From assembly GCA_021414205.1 (NCBI GenBank), contig JAIOOW010000002.1:18692-82691 (forward strand): a stretch of DNA of 64,000 bases, read 5' to 3'. Shown here piece after piece: positions 10,581 through 20,312 of the stretch (positions are counted from its first letter, which is position 1; the number at the start of each line of letters is the position of its first letter). The translations under genes and the position numbers were made by a program. Below the pieces are notes generated by a model. The model was not told where the DNA came from. It searched no databases and saw only the letters and a program-made list of their open reading frames with translations. This DNA comes from Candidatus Anderseniibacteriota bacterium. GTDB taxonomy: Bacteria; Patescibacteriota; Andersenbacteria; UBA10190.

Positions 10581-11721
10581 AGGTAGTAATGGTATCAAGT
10601 AATTTTTTCTCTAATGCTCCCGCAGTCGTATGAATGGTGTAATTCTGCACATCCTCAAGGTTTCGGCGAGACATTTCCTTTCTCAATGGTTCGTCCGTAT
10701 ACAATTCATCAATTGCACGAATAACCGCTTTGCAGTCATGAGGCGGAATTAAGATAGCATGCTTGCCATGTTCAAGAAAATCTTTCTGGCCGCCATCGTT
10801 TGCGGCAATAATGGGAAGTCCAGCGGACATTGCTTCGAGAAAAACAATTCCGAATCCTTCATGCTGGGCAGTGGATACATATAAATCAGAAGCTCGCAAT
10901 ATGCCATATTTTTCTTGTTCTGAAACAGAGCCGACAAGCCGAACTCTATCAGATAGTTCGTATCGACGGATGAGCTCCTCTAAATCGTGCTTCATGGGCC
11001 CATCTCCAATAATGATCAGCTTTGCGTTTGTAATATCCTTCCAGGCGGTGAGTAATGTCTCATATCCTTTTCTCGGTACCAGGCGACCGATAGAAACGCA
11101 CACAAAATCTTGCGCGGTAAACCCGAGGGATTCTCGAGGCAGGGCGGGTGTTTCATTCAGTATTAATCCGATAGGAATGACATCGATACGCTTCTTTACA
11201 CCATGAAGTTCTATCGCCCGCTGTTTCGTATCTTGAGAAATCGCAGTAACGGCATCTGCCTTACTGACGATGTACCTGATCGTAGCGCGCAATAAAGCGT
11301 GTTTATGAGGAGAAATTCCTTTTGATGGATCGTAGATATCTCCTCCTACAAGAGTTACGACAAAAGGGATTTTGCGTATACTTGCTAGTAAGAATGCTGG
11401 TAGGCCGGAAGGAATAACGAAATGAGCATTTATTACATCGAATGCATGCTTTCTTGTAATCTGTAGTCCTCGCAAAAATGCTGAGGGTGCAAACGTAAGA
11501 AGAGAAATGAGTGTAGCAGTCGGCATTGCGGTTCTGCCGATAACGGCAACGCGATGCACGTGCACGCCATGTAAAAATTCATATTTTTTCGTATCTCGAA
11601 ATGCAGTAGTAATCACATGAACCGTATTGTGCTTTGCAAGCTCTTCGGCGATTTGGGCAGTCATTACTCCGCCTCCGCCGCCTAGGGGCGGATATTCAAA
11701 ATTAATAAAGAGAATATTCAT
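10564..11721 (-). CDS. GT4 glycosyltransferase
   Basis: 'EYPPLGGGGG' and 'EGFGIVFLEAMSAGLP'. Confidence 0.9.
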   Translation of the reverse strand: MNILFINFEYPPLGGGGGVMTAQIAEELAKHNTVHVITTAFRDTKKYEFLHGVHVHRVAVIGRTAMPTATLISLLTFAPSAFLRGLQITRKHAFDVINAHFVIPSGLPAFLLASIRKIPFVVTLVGGDIYDPSKGISPHKHALLRATIRYIVSKADAVTAISQDTKQRAIELHGVKKRIDVIPIGLILNETPALPRESLGFTAQDFVCVSIGRLVPRKGYETLLTAWKDITNAKLIIIGDGPMKHDLEELIRRYELSDRVRLVGSVSEQEKYGILRASDLYVSTAQHEGFGIVFLEAMSAGLPIIAANDGGQKDFLEHGKHAILIPPHDCKAVIRAIDELYTDEPLRKEMSRRNLEDVQNYTIHTTAGALEKKLLDTITTYEHSN

Positions 11722-13760
11722 AGAGCCGTAACAGTCATCACCGGGTTAGCTATGATAGCCTTTGTATTTCCAGTATTTTTAAATACCACGCTCAATTGCC
11801 CAGGCTGAACGATAATATTCTTTTTATCAAGCATATTTCCATGCTCGTCCTGCAGGATAAGCGAATCCTGCGACTCATCTGGAACTGTATACGACAACTC
11901 GACATGTACAGGTTTTTTTGAAACGTTTACCAAGATAGCAGTTGCAGCATTTGGAATTTCCGCGAATGTAGCAAGACGCTTTGGGTCATAGCCGACATTT
12001 TCAAACCCATCGCCTCGTATTAAAAACACTCCATCTGCTTTTGTTTGCATATTCGTATTTCGAATATATACATCAGCATCTCCGAATGATGTTTTTGAAA
12101 ATATGTTTTGATCATCTAAGAACTTTTCTACGGCATTTTTTTGAGTCGAAGAAATGGAATCCGTGTGCAGTAAAATCGCGGAAGTATCAAGCCATGTCAT
12201 GGCATCCGGGAGCGTTTCTCGTAAGTCTTGCGTGAAGAGCTCTGGTCTGTCTTGTTCGAGTTCCGTTGTTCGTAGGTATAGTAACTGCCGAATAGCGGGG
12301 ACTGATTTTGCAAGATTAAATGTATCTTGGCTTTGTCCGCGTTCAAGGGCGATATTTCCAATCGCCTGCTTATGATCGATTGTCTCGCCATACAGCGATC
12401 GCGACGCTGCTACATAGTTAGTTGCGGCGGGAATTTCAATAATGCTGCTGCCCGGAACAGATGCAAGCATGCTATACGCCGGAGATAGTACAGCAGATTG
12501 CATCGGGAACGGTATAAACAAGAAGTCTAGCAATAAAAATCCGGCAATAATATACGTTGTTCGTAGTCTATGATAATTAGTGGCAACCACCCACCCAAAC
12601 AATACGCAGCTTGCGATAGTGACGAAGACTCCGGCACGCGAAATTGTTCGAATTGCAGAAAATACGGGTAATTTTGCGAGCAACGCGTACGGCAAAGGAA
12701 TCGATGTTACATGCCCGAATATATGAAGTACCGGCCCAAGCGATATGATTCCAAACACAATCAATGCGCCGAACCATAATCTTTTCTGAAGTACTGGAAT
12801 ATGTTTCTTAAAGAAAAGAATAGCGATTAATATGCCAACGCCAATATATTGTACCGATTCCGCAGTATTCCCCGTAAAGTATTGGCCAAATAGGTTATCA
12901 AATACGCTACCCCAAACTGGCTGAAATGGCGCCGGAGTAATAAAAGCAAATAAATCTGCGGAAAATCTTGTCGTTTGGTCAATGCCCAGCGTGAGTGCAG
13001 ATGAATCCGTGTTTGCAAGCTTTACCGTTGGAATATTAGGAACAATAACTCCAAGAACCATGATTGCTATAAATACGATGCTGCTGAGTAGGAATTTTAT
13101 CCGTGCTTGGCCGCCAAATAACTGTCGAATCGCTGGCCAGTATACAACTCCGGTAATCAACGCAAATACTGCAAGCCAAAGGGCATAGTGATGCTCTTCC
13201 CACGCTTGGATGACTACTAATACGCTCAATAATATAACTTTCCATATGTTCTGCTTTCTTATATAAGAAAGCGTTGTGGCAAGAATAAAAGGAATCCATT
13301 CTAGCTGCATAGCCCCAAAGTGTCCGAGACTGTGAGCTATGTGGTAGGGCGCAAACATGTACGCAATCCCAGCCATAACAGGCGCAGGAGAAAAAATAGG
13401 CTTTTTTACAAGCATACTTACCAGAAGCGCCATAGCATATCCGGAAAGCAAAAAATTCAACAAAAATATCGTATTATATCCGGCAGGCTCTCCGAGTACT
13501 GCATGGATCGGCATCCACGGCCAAATGGATAAATTAACCAGTTGCGGATCCCCTTTGCCAAGTACGTCAGCAAGGAATCCTCTAAATCCCTGTTGCTCCT
13601 TTACGGTAAATCGCCACATGGTCTGCCATGGGTCCCCCCCAATCCCGGCCACGCGGGACTGCATATGAAGAATGACCGGCATAGTCATAAGACCCAAAAG
13701 GACAATATATAATCCAAGCACCTTTATATGGTCAAAAAAGCCAGTTTTTCGGAACTGCAT
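11718..13760 (-). CDS. GT-C/YfhO-like polytopic membrane glycosyltransferase
   Basis: About 12 TM segments, acidic first loop 'GGDPWQTMW', 'FAPYHIAHSLGH', soluble C-terminal region. Confidence 0.75.
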   Translation of the reverse strand: MQFRKTGFFDHIKVLGLYIVLLGLMTMPVILHMQSRVAGIGGDPWQTMWRFTVKEQQGFRGFLADVLGKGDPQLVNLSIWPWMPIHAVLGEPAGYNTIFLLNFLLSGYAMALLVSMLVKKPIFSPAPVMAGIAYMFAPYHIAHSLGHFGAMQLEWIPFILATTLSYIRKQNIWKVILLSVLVVIQAWEEHHYALWLAVFALITGVVYWPAIRQLFGGQARIKFLLSSIVFIAIMVLGVIVPNIPTVKLANTDSSALTLGIDQTTRFSADLFAFITPAPFQPVWGSVFDNLFGQYFTGNTAESVQYIGVGILIAILFFKKHIPVLQKRLWFGALIVFGIISLGPVLHIFGHVTSIPLPYALLAKLPVFSAIRTISRAGVFVTIASCVLFGWVVATNYHRLRTTYIIAGFLLLDFLFIPFPMQSAVLSPAYSMLASVPGSSIIEIPAATNYVAASRSLYGETIDHKQAIGNIALERGQSQDTFNLAKSVPAIRQLLYLRTTELEQDRPELFTQDLRETLPDAMTWLDTSAILLHTDSISSTQKNAVEKFLDDQNIFSKTSFGDADVYIRNTNMQTKADGVFLIRGDGFENVGYDPKRLATFAEIPNAATAILVNVSKKPVHVELSYTVPDESQDSLILQDEHGNMLDKKNIIVQPGQLSVVFKNTGNTKAIIANPVMTVTAL

Positions 13761-13784
13761 ATGTCATATATAGTACAAGACAAT

Positions 13785-14471
13785 ATGCATATTCGTCCAA
13801 AAATAGTAATCATTATACCGATATATAATGAGAGCAAGGTTATTGGGGAGGTTGTTGCCAATGTTCGCAAGTCGGGTTTTGATAATATAATAATTATAGA
13901 TGATGGATCTACAGACAATTCGTTTGAAATCATCAAGCATCTTCCCGTAATTGCACTTCAACACAAAATAAATAGAGGAAAAGGAGCAACAATACGAACA
14001 GGGACGGAAGCGGCGATGTTTATAGGCGCGGATATTGTAGTAACGATGGATGGAGATGGTCAGCATGATGCGCTAGATATTGACAGATTCGTGAAAGCAT
14101 TCCAAGAAAAAGACGTGGATGTAGTGCTAGGTGTACGTCAGCTGGAAAAGGAAAATATGCCTATCAGTCGAAAGCTTGCTAACTGGATCGCCGACAAGGT
14201 TACGTTTTTACTGTACGGAGTGAATCTCCAAGATAGTCAATCAGGATTTCGAGCATTTTCAGCGCACGCAATAAAGCTTATTAAGACAAAATCCAACGCA
14301 TACTCCTATGAAAGCGAAGTATTGCGAGAAATAAAGACGCACCAGCTTTCCTATACAGAGGTGCCTATTCATGTCCGCTATACGGCATATTCGACATCAA
14401 AAAAACATAAACAGAACATAGTAAATGGCATAAAAACAATCTATACTATGATTTGGAACATACTATCCTAA
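13785..14471 (+). CDS. GT2 polyprenol-phosphate glycosyltransferase (DPM1-like)
   Basis: 'IIPIYNE', 'DDGSTD', 'NRGKG', 'TMDGDGQH', 'DSQSGFRA'. Confidence 0.9.
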   Translation: MHIRPKIVIIIPIYNESKVIGEVVANVRKSGFDNIIIIDDGSTDNSFEIIKHLPVIALQHKINRGKGATIRTGTEAAMFIGADIVVTMDGDGQHDALDIDRFVKAFQEKDVDVVLGVRQLEKENMPISRKLANWIADKVTFLLYGVNLQDSQSGFRAFSAHAIKLIKTKSNAYSYESEVLREIKTHQLSYTEVPIHVRYTAYSTSKKHKQNIVNGIKTIYTMIWNILS

Positions 14472-14473
14472 TT

Positions 14474-14827
14474 ATGATTGCATTTCATTTATATCAACTT
14501 ATCGTTTCAGGAATAGCTATTTTAATGATTTTTCAGGGTGCTATAAAATACTTTACCCATGGAGAAAATCAATCGTTTCTCAAGTTTTTCGTTCGACTCA
14601 TTGTGTGGGGAGGCATGGCAACGGTATCCCTATTCCCGCAAATTACCAATGCGCTCGCCTCTTTTGTTGGCTTGCAGGGCAATATTAATGCAGTCATCAT
14701 GACTGGGTTCCTGCTGGTGTTTCTCATGATTTTTAAAATATTATCCGTGGTAGAGCGCATAGAACACGACATCTCGGTACTTACACGCGAAGATGCGCTC
14801 AAAAAATTGAAAAGCGACGTCAGGTAA
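14474..14827 (+). CDS. DUF2304-like small membrane protein
   Basis: Three TM helices and C-terminal 'ISVLTREDAL'; lies directly after a DPM1-like GT2, the usual arrangement. Confidence 0.75.
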   Translation: MIAFHLYQLIVSGIAILMIFQGAIKYFTHGENQSFLKFFVRLIVWGGMATVSLFPQITNALASFVGLQGNINAVIMTGFLLVFLMIFKILSVVERIEHDISVLTREDALKKLKSDVR

Positions 14828-14829
14828 TT

Positions 14830-16734
14830 ATGAAGCGTATAACCTGGCCCTCCACCCTGCTAGTAGCCTTTACGATAATCGCTTCGTTGCCCATGTCCAT
14901 TCATGGAGGTATTCCCGGGATTATGCGTTCTCTTATAGACTTAATCGCTTTCGGGGCTATTCCAAGCCTTGGATTAACAATGCTCTATCAGCAATGGAGG
15001 GGAAGGACATTTAGTAGTATCGAATTTTTAACGATTTCCTTTGCTAATTTCTTACTTGCGATACCGCTCCTATTGCTCGTATCGATATCTGTTCTGCCAT
15101 ATCAATTTTTTGCCATACCAATAACTATCCTCTCAATTATTTCCTGTATTCCGCTCGGCTCGCTGAAAAAAGATACTCTACCACTCAGTTCCAAAGATCT
15201 TCTTCTCTTGGGGGTAATTATATTATTTATAGGATTTATTTGGATCCTCACTCACGCATACTATCCGCTACCAGACTTCGATCCGTATTATTGGTTGGGT
15301 AAATACCAAGGATTCATGAATACCTATCGCGCAGGCAATCTTGTTATTGGAAATCGTCCGGGATTTTTTTCGATATATTCTTTTTTTATCCTACTGGCTC
15401 ATATAGATTCATACGCATTATTTAAGTATGCGCTTCCCCAGATGTTCGCAATGTCAGTATTTCCTTTATGGATGATTGCAAAAACAGTTTCAGGGAGGCT
15501 ATACAAAGTCGCAATAGTATTAAGCCCTCTATGGGCAGCATCTACAATATTGTACGCAACAACATCTATGCCTCAGATGATTTTTATACTCTCATCGATC
15601 TTTGCAATATCATTCCTCGCATATTCCCGAATAACAAAGGATACATTTTTTCTTTGGGCTGCGCTGTGCATGTTCGGCGGGTCTATTCTTATGTATGAAT
15701 TATCCATATTCCCGCTTATCATTGCCATTGGCTGCCTCCTTTTTTTCAAGCGACACAGCATTGGCTTGTATGCAAAAAAGAATTCTATAATAACAACCCT
15801 TCTTGCATTGCTCATCCTTTCAAACCTTCACTTTGCTCAACATCAAATCACTTTTTTCCTCTATTGGATTTTTCGTATCATAAATCAAATCTTAGCAGCG
15901 CAACCAAATCTTCGCTTCCCTGCTTATTATATAAATGTTGATAAGAATGCAGTTGGCTGGAGCGGAGCGCTTGGAGTGACTCAGTACTACGCATATTACG
16001 TAGGCTCAGCAGTAATTGTGACGCTAGGTCTCATTGTATATTTTTCTATTAAAAAAAATAGAAGAGACAAATTGATTGCTGAAATAAAAAATCATGTTGA
16101 AACGCAAATTGCGCTGGGCATCTTCTTGGCATTTTTCTGTATTTCGGAAATTCTTCCTCGGGCAATTGGATTAGCTCTCCTTCCGGAGCGCGCATGGATC
16201 TTCGGAGGGATAGCGTGCACTTATTTCGCCATACTGGCACTTGCATACAGTAAGCAAAGAATAGCAAATCTGCTGGCAGTAGCTCTTATTGCGTCAGCAG
16301 TAGTGAGCGGCACTGCTGCGTTGTATGTAAACAATCAGAAAAAATATCTGATTCCCAGATACCAGCTAACTTCTGCGTCGTGGGTCCAGACGAATCTGCC
16401 CTCAAATCGCCTCATGATATCCGATGAAAATTCCGATTTGCTGCAATTCTTTTCCAGCTCGAATACTGCGATCATATCCCCTTTATACTGCAATCAAGAT
16501 TTCCAAGATCCACAAGCGCTCCTCAAAGCTATTAAAAAGACAACGCTTCCTTGGTCGCTTAATGATGAAATATACATATTTTTTGCCATTACTGATCCAA
16601 GCAACCCATACAAGGCGCGGCCATATATAAAGCCTCGAGAAGTATGCTCTCAATTTGTTTTCGATCAGCACCCGGAAAAGTATGCTCGAGTGTATTCGGA
16701 TAGTAATAAGATTATTATATGGAAGGTAAAGTAG
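14830..16734 (+). CDS. Polytopic membrane protein, probable GT-C glycosyltransferase
   Basis: Many TM segments, loop 'LPDFDPYYW', C-terminal soluble domain 'WVQTNLPSNRLMISD'. Confidence 0.6.
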   Translation: MKRITWPSTLLVAFTIIASLPMSIHGGIPGIMRSLIDLIAFGAIPSLGLTMLYQQWRGRTFSSIEFLTISFANFLLAIPLLLLVSISVLPYQFFAIPITILSIISCIPLGSLKKDTLPLSSKDLLLLGVIILFIGFIWILTHAYYPLPDFDPYYWLGKYQGFMNTYRAGNLVIGNRPGFFSIYSFFILLAHIDSYALFKYALPQMFAMSVFPLWMIAKTVSGRLYKVAIVLSPLWAASTILYATTSMPQMIFILSSIFAISFLAYSRITKDTFFLWAALCMFGGSILMYELSIFPLIIAIGCLLFFKRHSIGLYAKKNSIITTLLALLILSNLHFAQHQITFFLYWIFRIINQILAAQPNLRFPAYYINVDKNAVGWSGALGVTQYYAYYVGSAVIVTLGLIVYFSIKKNRRDKLIAEIKNHVETQIALGIFLAFFCISEILPRAIGLALLPERAWIFGGIACTYFAILALAYSKQRIANLLAVALIASAVVSGTAALYVNNQKKYLIPRYQLTSASWVQTNLPSNRLMISDENSDLLQFFSSSNTAIISPLYCNQDFQDPQALLKAIKKTTLPWSLNDEIYIFFAITDPSNPYKARPYIKPREVCSQFVFDQHPEKYARVYSDSNKIIIWKVK

Positions 16735-17861
16735 GTCTTTTGGTGTTTGCGCCATACTATCCTCCCCATGTTGGCGGACTGGAAAGCCATGCGCATGAGT
16801 TCAATATTCATGCATCTGGGCGCGGATACGATATCACTGTCTGGACAGCCCGCTTGCCAAACCATATTCCGGAATACGAAGAGGTAGATTCTATAAAAAT
16901 ATTCAGATACCCGGTCATTGAATTGCTTGGCGGGTTCCCTGTTCCGGCAATATGGTCACCAACTTTCCGGAATCAATACAAAGAGATATCTTCTCGCGCA
17001 TATGAAGTGGTTATTTCTCGCACAAGATTCTTTTTATCATCGTGCATTGCGTTGACATATGCCAAAATAAAAGATATTCCGCTCCTGCATATAGAACATG
17101 GTTCTGACTATGTTCATTTGCACTCAATACTTGCAACTGCTGTTGCCTATGCATACGATCAGACGTTCGGAAGGCTAGTTATCCAAAAAGCAGATATCGT
17201 GGTTGCGAACTCGAATGCATCAGCAACATTTGTTCAAAATCTTACGCAAAACTCAGTGCATCCCCATGTTATTTATAGGGGCGTTAAGCAGGACGCTATC
17301 ATAAACGCAATCGCAGACAAAAAGACGTCTGATGCCATTACCATCTGTTATGTTGGGCGACTAATAAATGGAAAGGGCGTGCAAGATCTCGTAACGGCTC
17401 TATCGATACTTTCTGTAACCAGCCGTGTAGTGTGCTGGATTATCGGCGACGGTCCAATGAAAAAAGAGCTGGAGCAATTATCTACTCGCTACAACCTCGA
17501 ATCAAAAATTATATTCTTAGGCCAAATGAACAACGATCAAGCGATATCATATATCAAATCATGCGACATTTTTATCAATCCAAGTTACACCGAAGGCATT
17601 CCGACATCCGTGATAGAAGCTGCGTTATGCAAACGAGCAATTATTGCTACCGACGTTGGAGGTACAAACGAAATTATTACGCACAACGAATCGGGCATTC
17701 TCATTGCGCCACATGCAAGCAAGGAAATGGCAGAGGCTCTTGCATTACTCATTACTAATCCCGAGCTTCGGCAAAAAATCGGCAAGGAGGCGTATAATCA
17801 AAATAAGTCGAGATTTTCTTGGGAACACGCAATGAATCAATATGAAGCAATTCTCCGCTAA
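16719..17861 (+). CDS. GT4 glycosyltransferase
   Basis: 'YYPPHVGGLE' and 'EGIPTSVIEAA'. Confidence 0.9.
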   Translation: MEGKVGLLVFAPYYPPHVGGLESHAHEFNIHASGRGYDITVWTARLPNHIPEYEEVDSIKIFRYPVIELLGGFPVPAIWSPTFRNQYKEISSRAYEVVISRTRFFLSSCIALTYAKIKDIPLLHIEHGSDYVHLHSILATAVAYAYDQTFGRLVIQKADIVVANSNASATFVQNLTQNSVHPHVIYRGVKQDAIINAIADKKTSDAITICYVGRLINGKGVQDLVTALSILSVTSRVVCWIIGDGPMKKELEQLSTRYNLESKIIFLGQMNNDQAISYIKSCDIFINPSYTEGIPTSVIEAALCKRAIIATDVGGTNEIITHNESGILIAPHASKEMAEALALLITNPELRQKIGKEAYNQNKSRFSWEHAMNQYEAILR

Positions 17862-18543
17862 GTACATTCTTCGAATCGACGACGTTTGCCCTACGATGAA
17901 TTGGGAATTATTTAGCATGATTACTGATACCTGCGACGAACTTGGTATTGCGCCGATATTGGGCGTGATTCCGGATAACCAAGACCAAGCGTTAGTAGCC
18001 GCTGCGCCGCACAACCTGTTCTGGGAATACATAAAGAAAAAAGCATCACAAGGCTGGATTATTGCCCAACATGGATATCAGCACATATATGAACAACATA
18101 AAAAAACAGAATTTGCGGGATTGTCGTATGATGCGCAATTTGAAAAAATTCAGAGCGGCCGGAACATATTACTTAAACAATTAGGGTTTGCTCCAACATG
18201 GTGGATGGCTCCTGCACATAGTTTTGACGAAACGACATGCAAAGCGCTCGAGGCTCTTGGATTTGAATATATTACAGATGGTACTGCGCTCTATCCGTAT
18301 AAGAAACACGGACTCACGTGGATTCCGCAGCAATTATGGCGTCCGCGCGCAATGCCGTTTGGCACATGGACGATTTGCCTGCATACAAATACGATGAGCG
18401 CTCAAAATATCCGAGATATGATTGAATTCATGAAAAAACACAGGAGTCAATTTCTAGATATCTCGTTAGCACCAAGAGCATCGGTATTAAATCCTTTATT
18501 TGCGCTGGCGTGGAATATTTTTAAAATTGCAAAATCGCTATGA
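17842..18543 (+). CDS. DUF2334-type polysaccharide deacetylase-like protein
   Basis: 'LRIDDV', 'GVIP', 'AQHGYQH', 'MAPAH', 'CLH'. Confidence 0.8.
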   Translation: MKQFSAKYILRIDDVCPTMNWELFSMITDTCDELGIAPILGVIPDNQDQALVAAAPHNLFWEYIKKKASQGWIIAQHGYQHIYEQHKKTEFAGLSYDAQFEKIQSGRNILLKQLGFAPTWWMAPAHSFDETTCKALEALGFEYITDGTALYPYKKHGLTWIPQQLWRPRAMPFGTWTICLHTNTMSAQNIRDMIEFMKKHRSQFLDISLAPRASVLNPLFALAWNIFKIAKSL

Positions 18544-19229
18544 GCACGCCAGCCTATAATAATCCTGTGGCATATGATGCCCGTAAAGCAAAGCCAATTG
18601 AGGCATACCTGGAAACACTGTGGAAGCCTATTTTTGCCGATATAGCAAAAACCTATATTCATACTAGTGATGTCGTTGCAGATTTTGGATGCGGAACACT
18701 CGCGCATATCGCACTCATGAGCCATGTACAAAAAATATATGCGGTCGATGCAAATAAAATAATGCTTGAATTCGGACTTCAGAAATTATCCGCGCATGAC
18801 CGTGCTATTGTCACCCCTCTTTGCGAATCTGCTACGCATACAAGTATTCCGAGCAATTCGTGTTCTATTATTTGGTCTGTTGGGCTTACAGAATATACGG
18901 ATATTGATCAACTTTTCAAAGAAATGACTCGAGTTGCAACGCCGATGGCTACGTTACTTATTCAATTTCCGAATAAATACAATATTGTTCATATGGCAAT
19001 TCAGCTTGCACATTTCTTACGAGGAACAGCATCTAAAAAATATAGATCGATATCAGAAATGCGGCGCATTGCACACCGCTACGGCTGGCGTGTAGAAAAA
19101 GCCGTCACGACAGGGTTTTATACGCCCTTGCCAGCAATACTAATACCCATCCTAGATCCAATGTGGAGACTCTTTAGTTCTTTTGGGAATAATACATTTC
19201 TTGTATTACAGAAATCCACTGAACGATAA
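18540..19229 (+). CDS. Class I SAM-dependent methyltransferase
   Basis: 'VADFGCGT', 'YAVD', 'EMTRV'. Confidence 0.85.
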   Translation: MSTPAYNNPVAYDARKAKPIEAYLETLWKPIFADIAKTYIHTSDVVADFGCGTLAHIALMSHVQKIYAVDANKIMLEFGLQKLSAHDRAIVTPLCESATHTSIPSNSCSIIWSVGLTEYTDIDQLFKEMTRVATPMATLLIQFPNKYNIVHMAIQLAHFLRGTASKKYRSISEMRRIAHRYGWRVEKAVTTGFYTPLPAILIPILDPMWRLFSSFGNNTFLVLQKSTER

Positions 19230-20292
19230 CCTTATTAATATCATAATGCGTGCGCGCAGCTTGAAGCGCTTGGTCGGAGATTTTTATAGCATATTCATCG
19301 TCACCCATAATGTTTTTGATTTCCATTTTCATCTGATCTAGATCGCCGTTCACACAAACCCCATCACAAGCAACGTTCAACGAAATCACTGGGGTGCCGG
19401 ACAATGCTGCAATAATATAGGTGTTCGGAGATCCTTCGTAATCAGACGTTCCAATTAATATCCTTGCGCTAGATAATAAAGTATTTACTTGATCGGGCAG
19501 AAGCTCTCCATGAAAGACGAGATTAGAGTAGCGCGTTGCCTGCGCTGTGTATTTTTTATGCAATCGTGTGTCTCCGGACTCAGAGAGCACCATATCGAAT
19601 GAGTAGCTCGGGAGCTGTTCTACTACTTTAAAAAATATATCTGCGCGCTTCACTGTTCGAGAAGATCCGACCCATGCAATTCTTTTTTCTCGTTCTTGAA
19701 TTGGAATTATAGTACCTGGCACCGAATAGCCATTGCCTAATATTCTCGATTTTTTATGGTAATAGTTTTGCAAATCAGATTGCTGACGTTCATGCTGAAC
19801 AACAACAGCTTGAGCGTACCGTATTCCGAACCGATACAGTAATGCAGATACTGGGTCGAATGTTTTTTCTTTTACTGTATTGCAATCCACATCGCTCGCC
19901 GTTCTGAATATATATGTTGTTTTCGGAAAGAATATACAATACAAAGCAAGTAACCCCACTTCAGGTCCTGCAGGCGAAGAAATAATAACATCTGGCCTGC
20001 TTATTCGCAGTGCTTGAAATAAAAAAACTGGCGCAGTAAGTAAATTCCAAATACTTTTTCTGAGTTTGAATGCGGATACAACTGTAATATTGCCAAACTT
20101 TTCTACGCGCGGTTGGTTAAAGTTTCCTACAATGCAACTTACGGTAAACCGATCATCCTTTGCCAGGCTAGTCGCAAGTGTGTGCATCTGAACTTCCGTC
20201 CCCCCGATCTGCGCGCTGCTGCGTCGGTTAAAGAGTTTGTATGCATTAAAACACACGAAACTAACCCGAATTTGCCCTTTTGCATGTGCCAT
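19174..20292 (-). CDS. GT4-like glycosyltransferase
   Basis: 'IGGTEVQ' and 'SDYEGSPNTYIIAALSGTPV'. Start uncertain (20292 or 20307). Confidence 0.8.
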   Translation of the reverse strand: MAHAKGQIRVSFVCFNAYKLFNRRSSAQIGGTEVQMHTLATSLAKDDRFTVSCIVGNFNQPRVEKFGNITVVSAFKLRKSIWNLLTAPVFLFQALRISRPDVIISSPAGPEVGLLALYCIFFPKTTYIFRTASDVDCNTVKEKTFDPVSALLYRFGIRYAQAVVVQHERQQSDLQNYYHKKSRILGNGYSVPGTIIPIQEREKRIAWVGSSRTVKRADIFFKVVEQLPSYSFDMVLSESGDTRLHKKYTAQATRYSNLVFHGELLPDQVNTLLSSARILIGTSDYEGSPNTYIIAALSGTPVISLNVACDGVCVNGDLDQMKMEIKNIMGDDEYAIKISDQALQAARTHYDINKVIVQWISVIQEMYYSQKN

Positions 20293-20312
20293 ATACAATA
20301 GCTTCATACCAT

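Noticed and set aside
8345-13640. G7/C7 tracts in GT genes (8345-8351, 13634-13640) as phase-variation switches
   Set aside because: The tracts are short, both frames are intact, and they encode ordinary Pro-Pro or Gly-Gly motifs.
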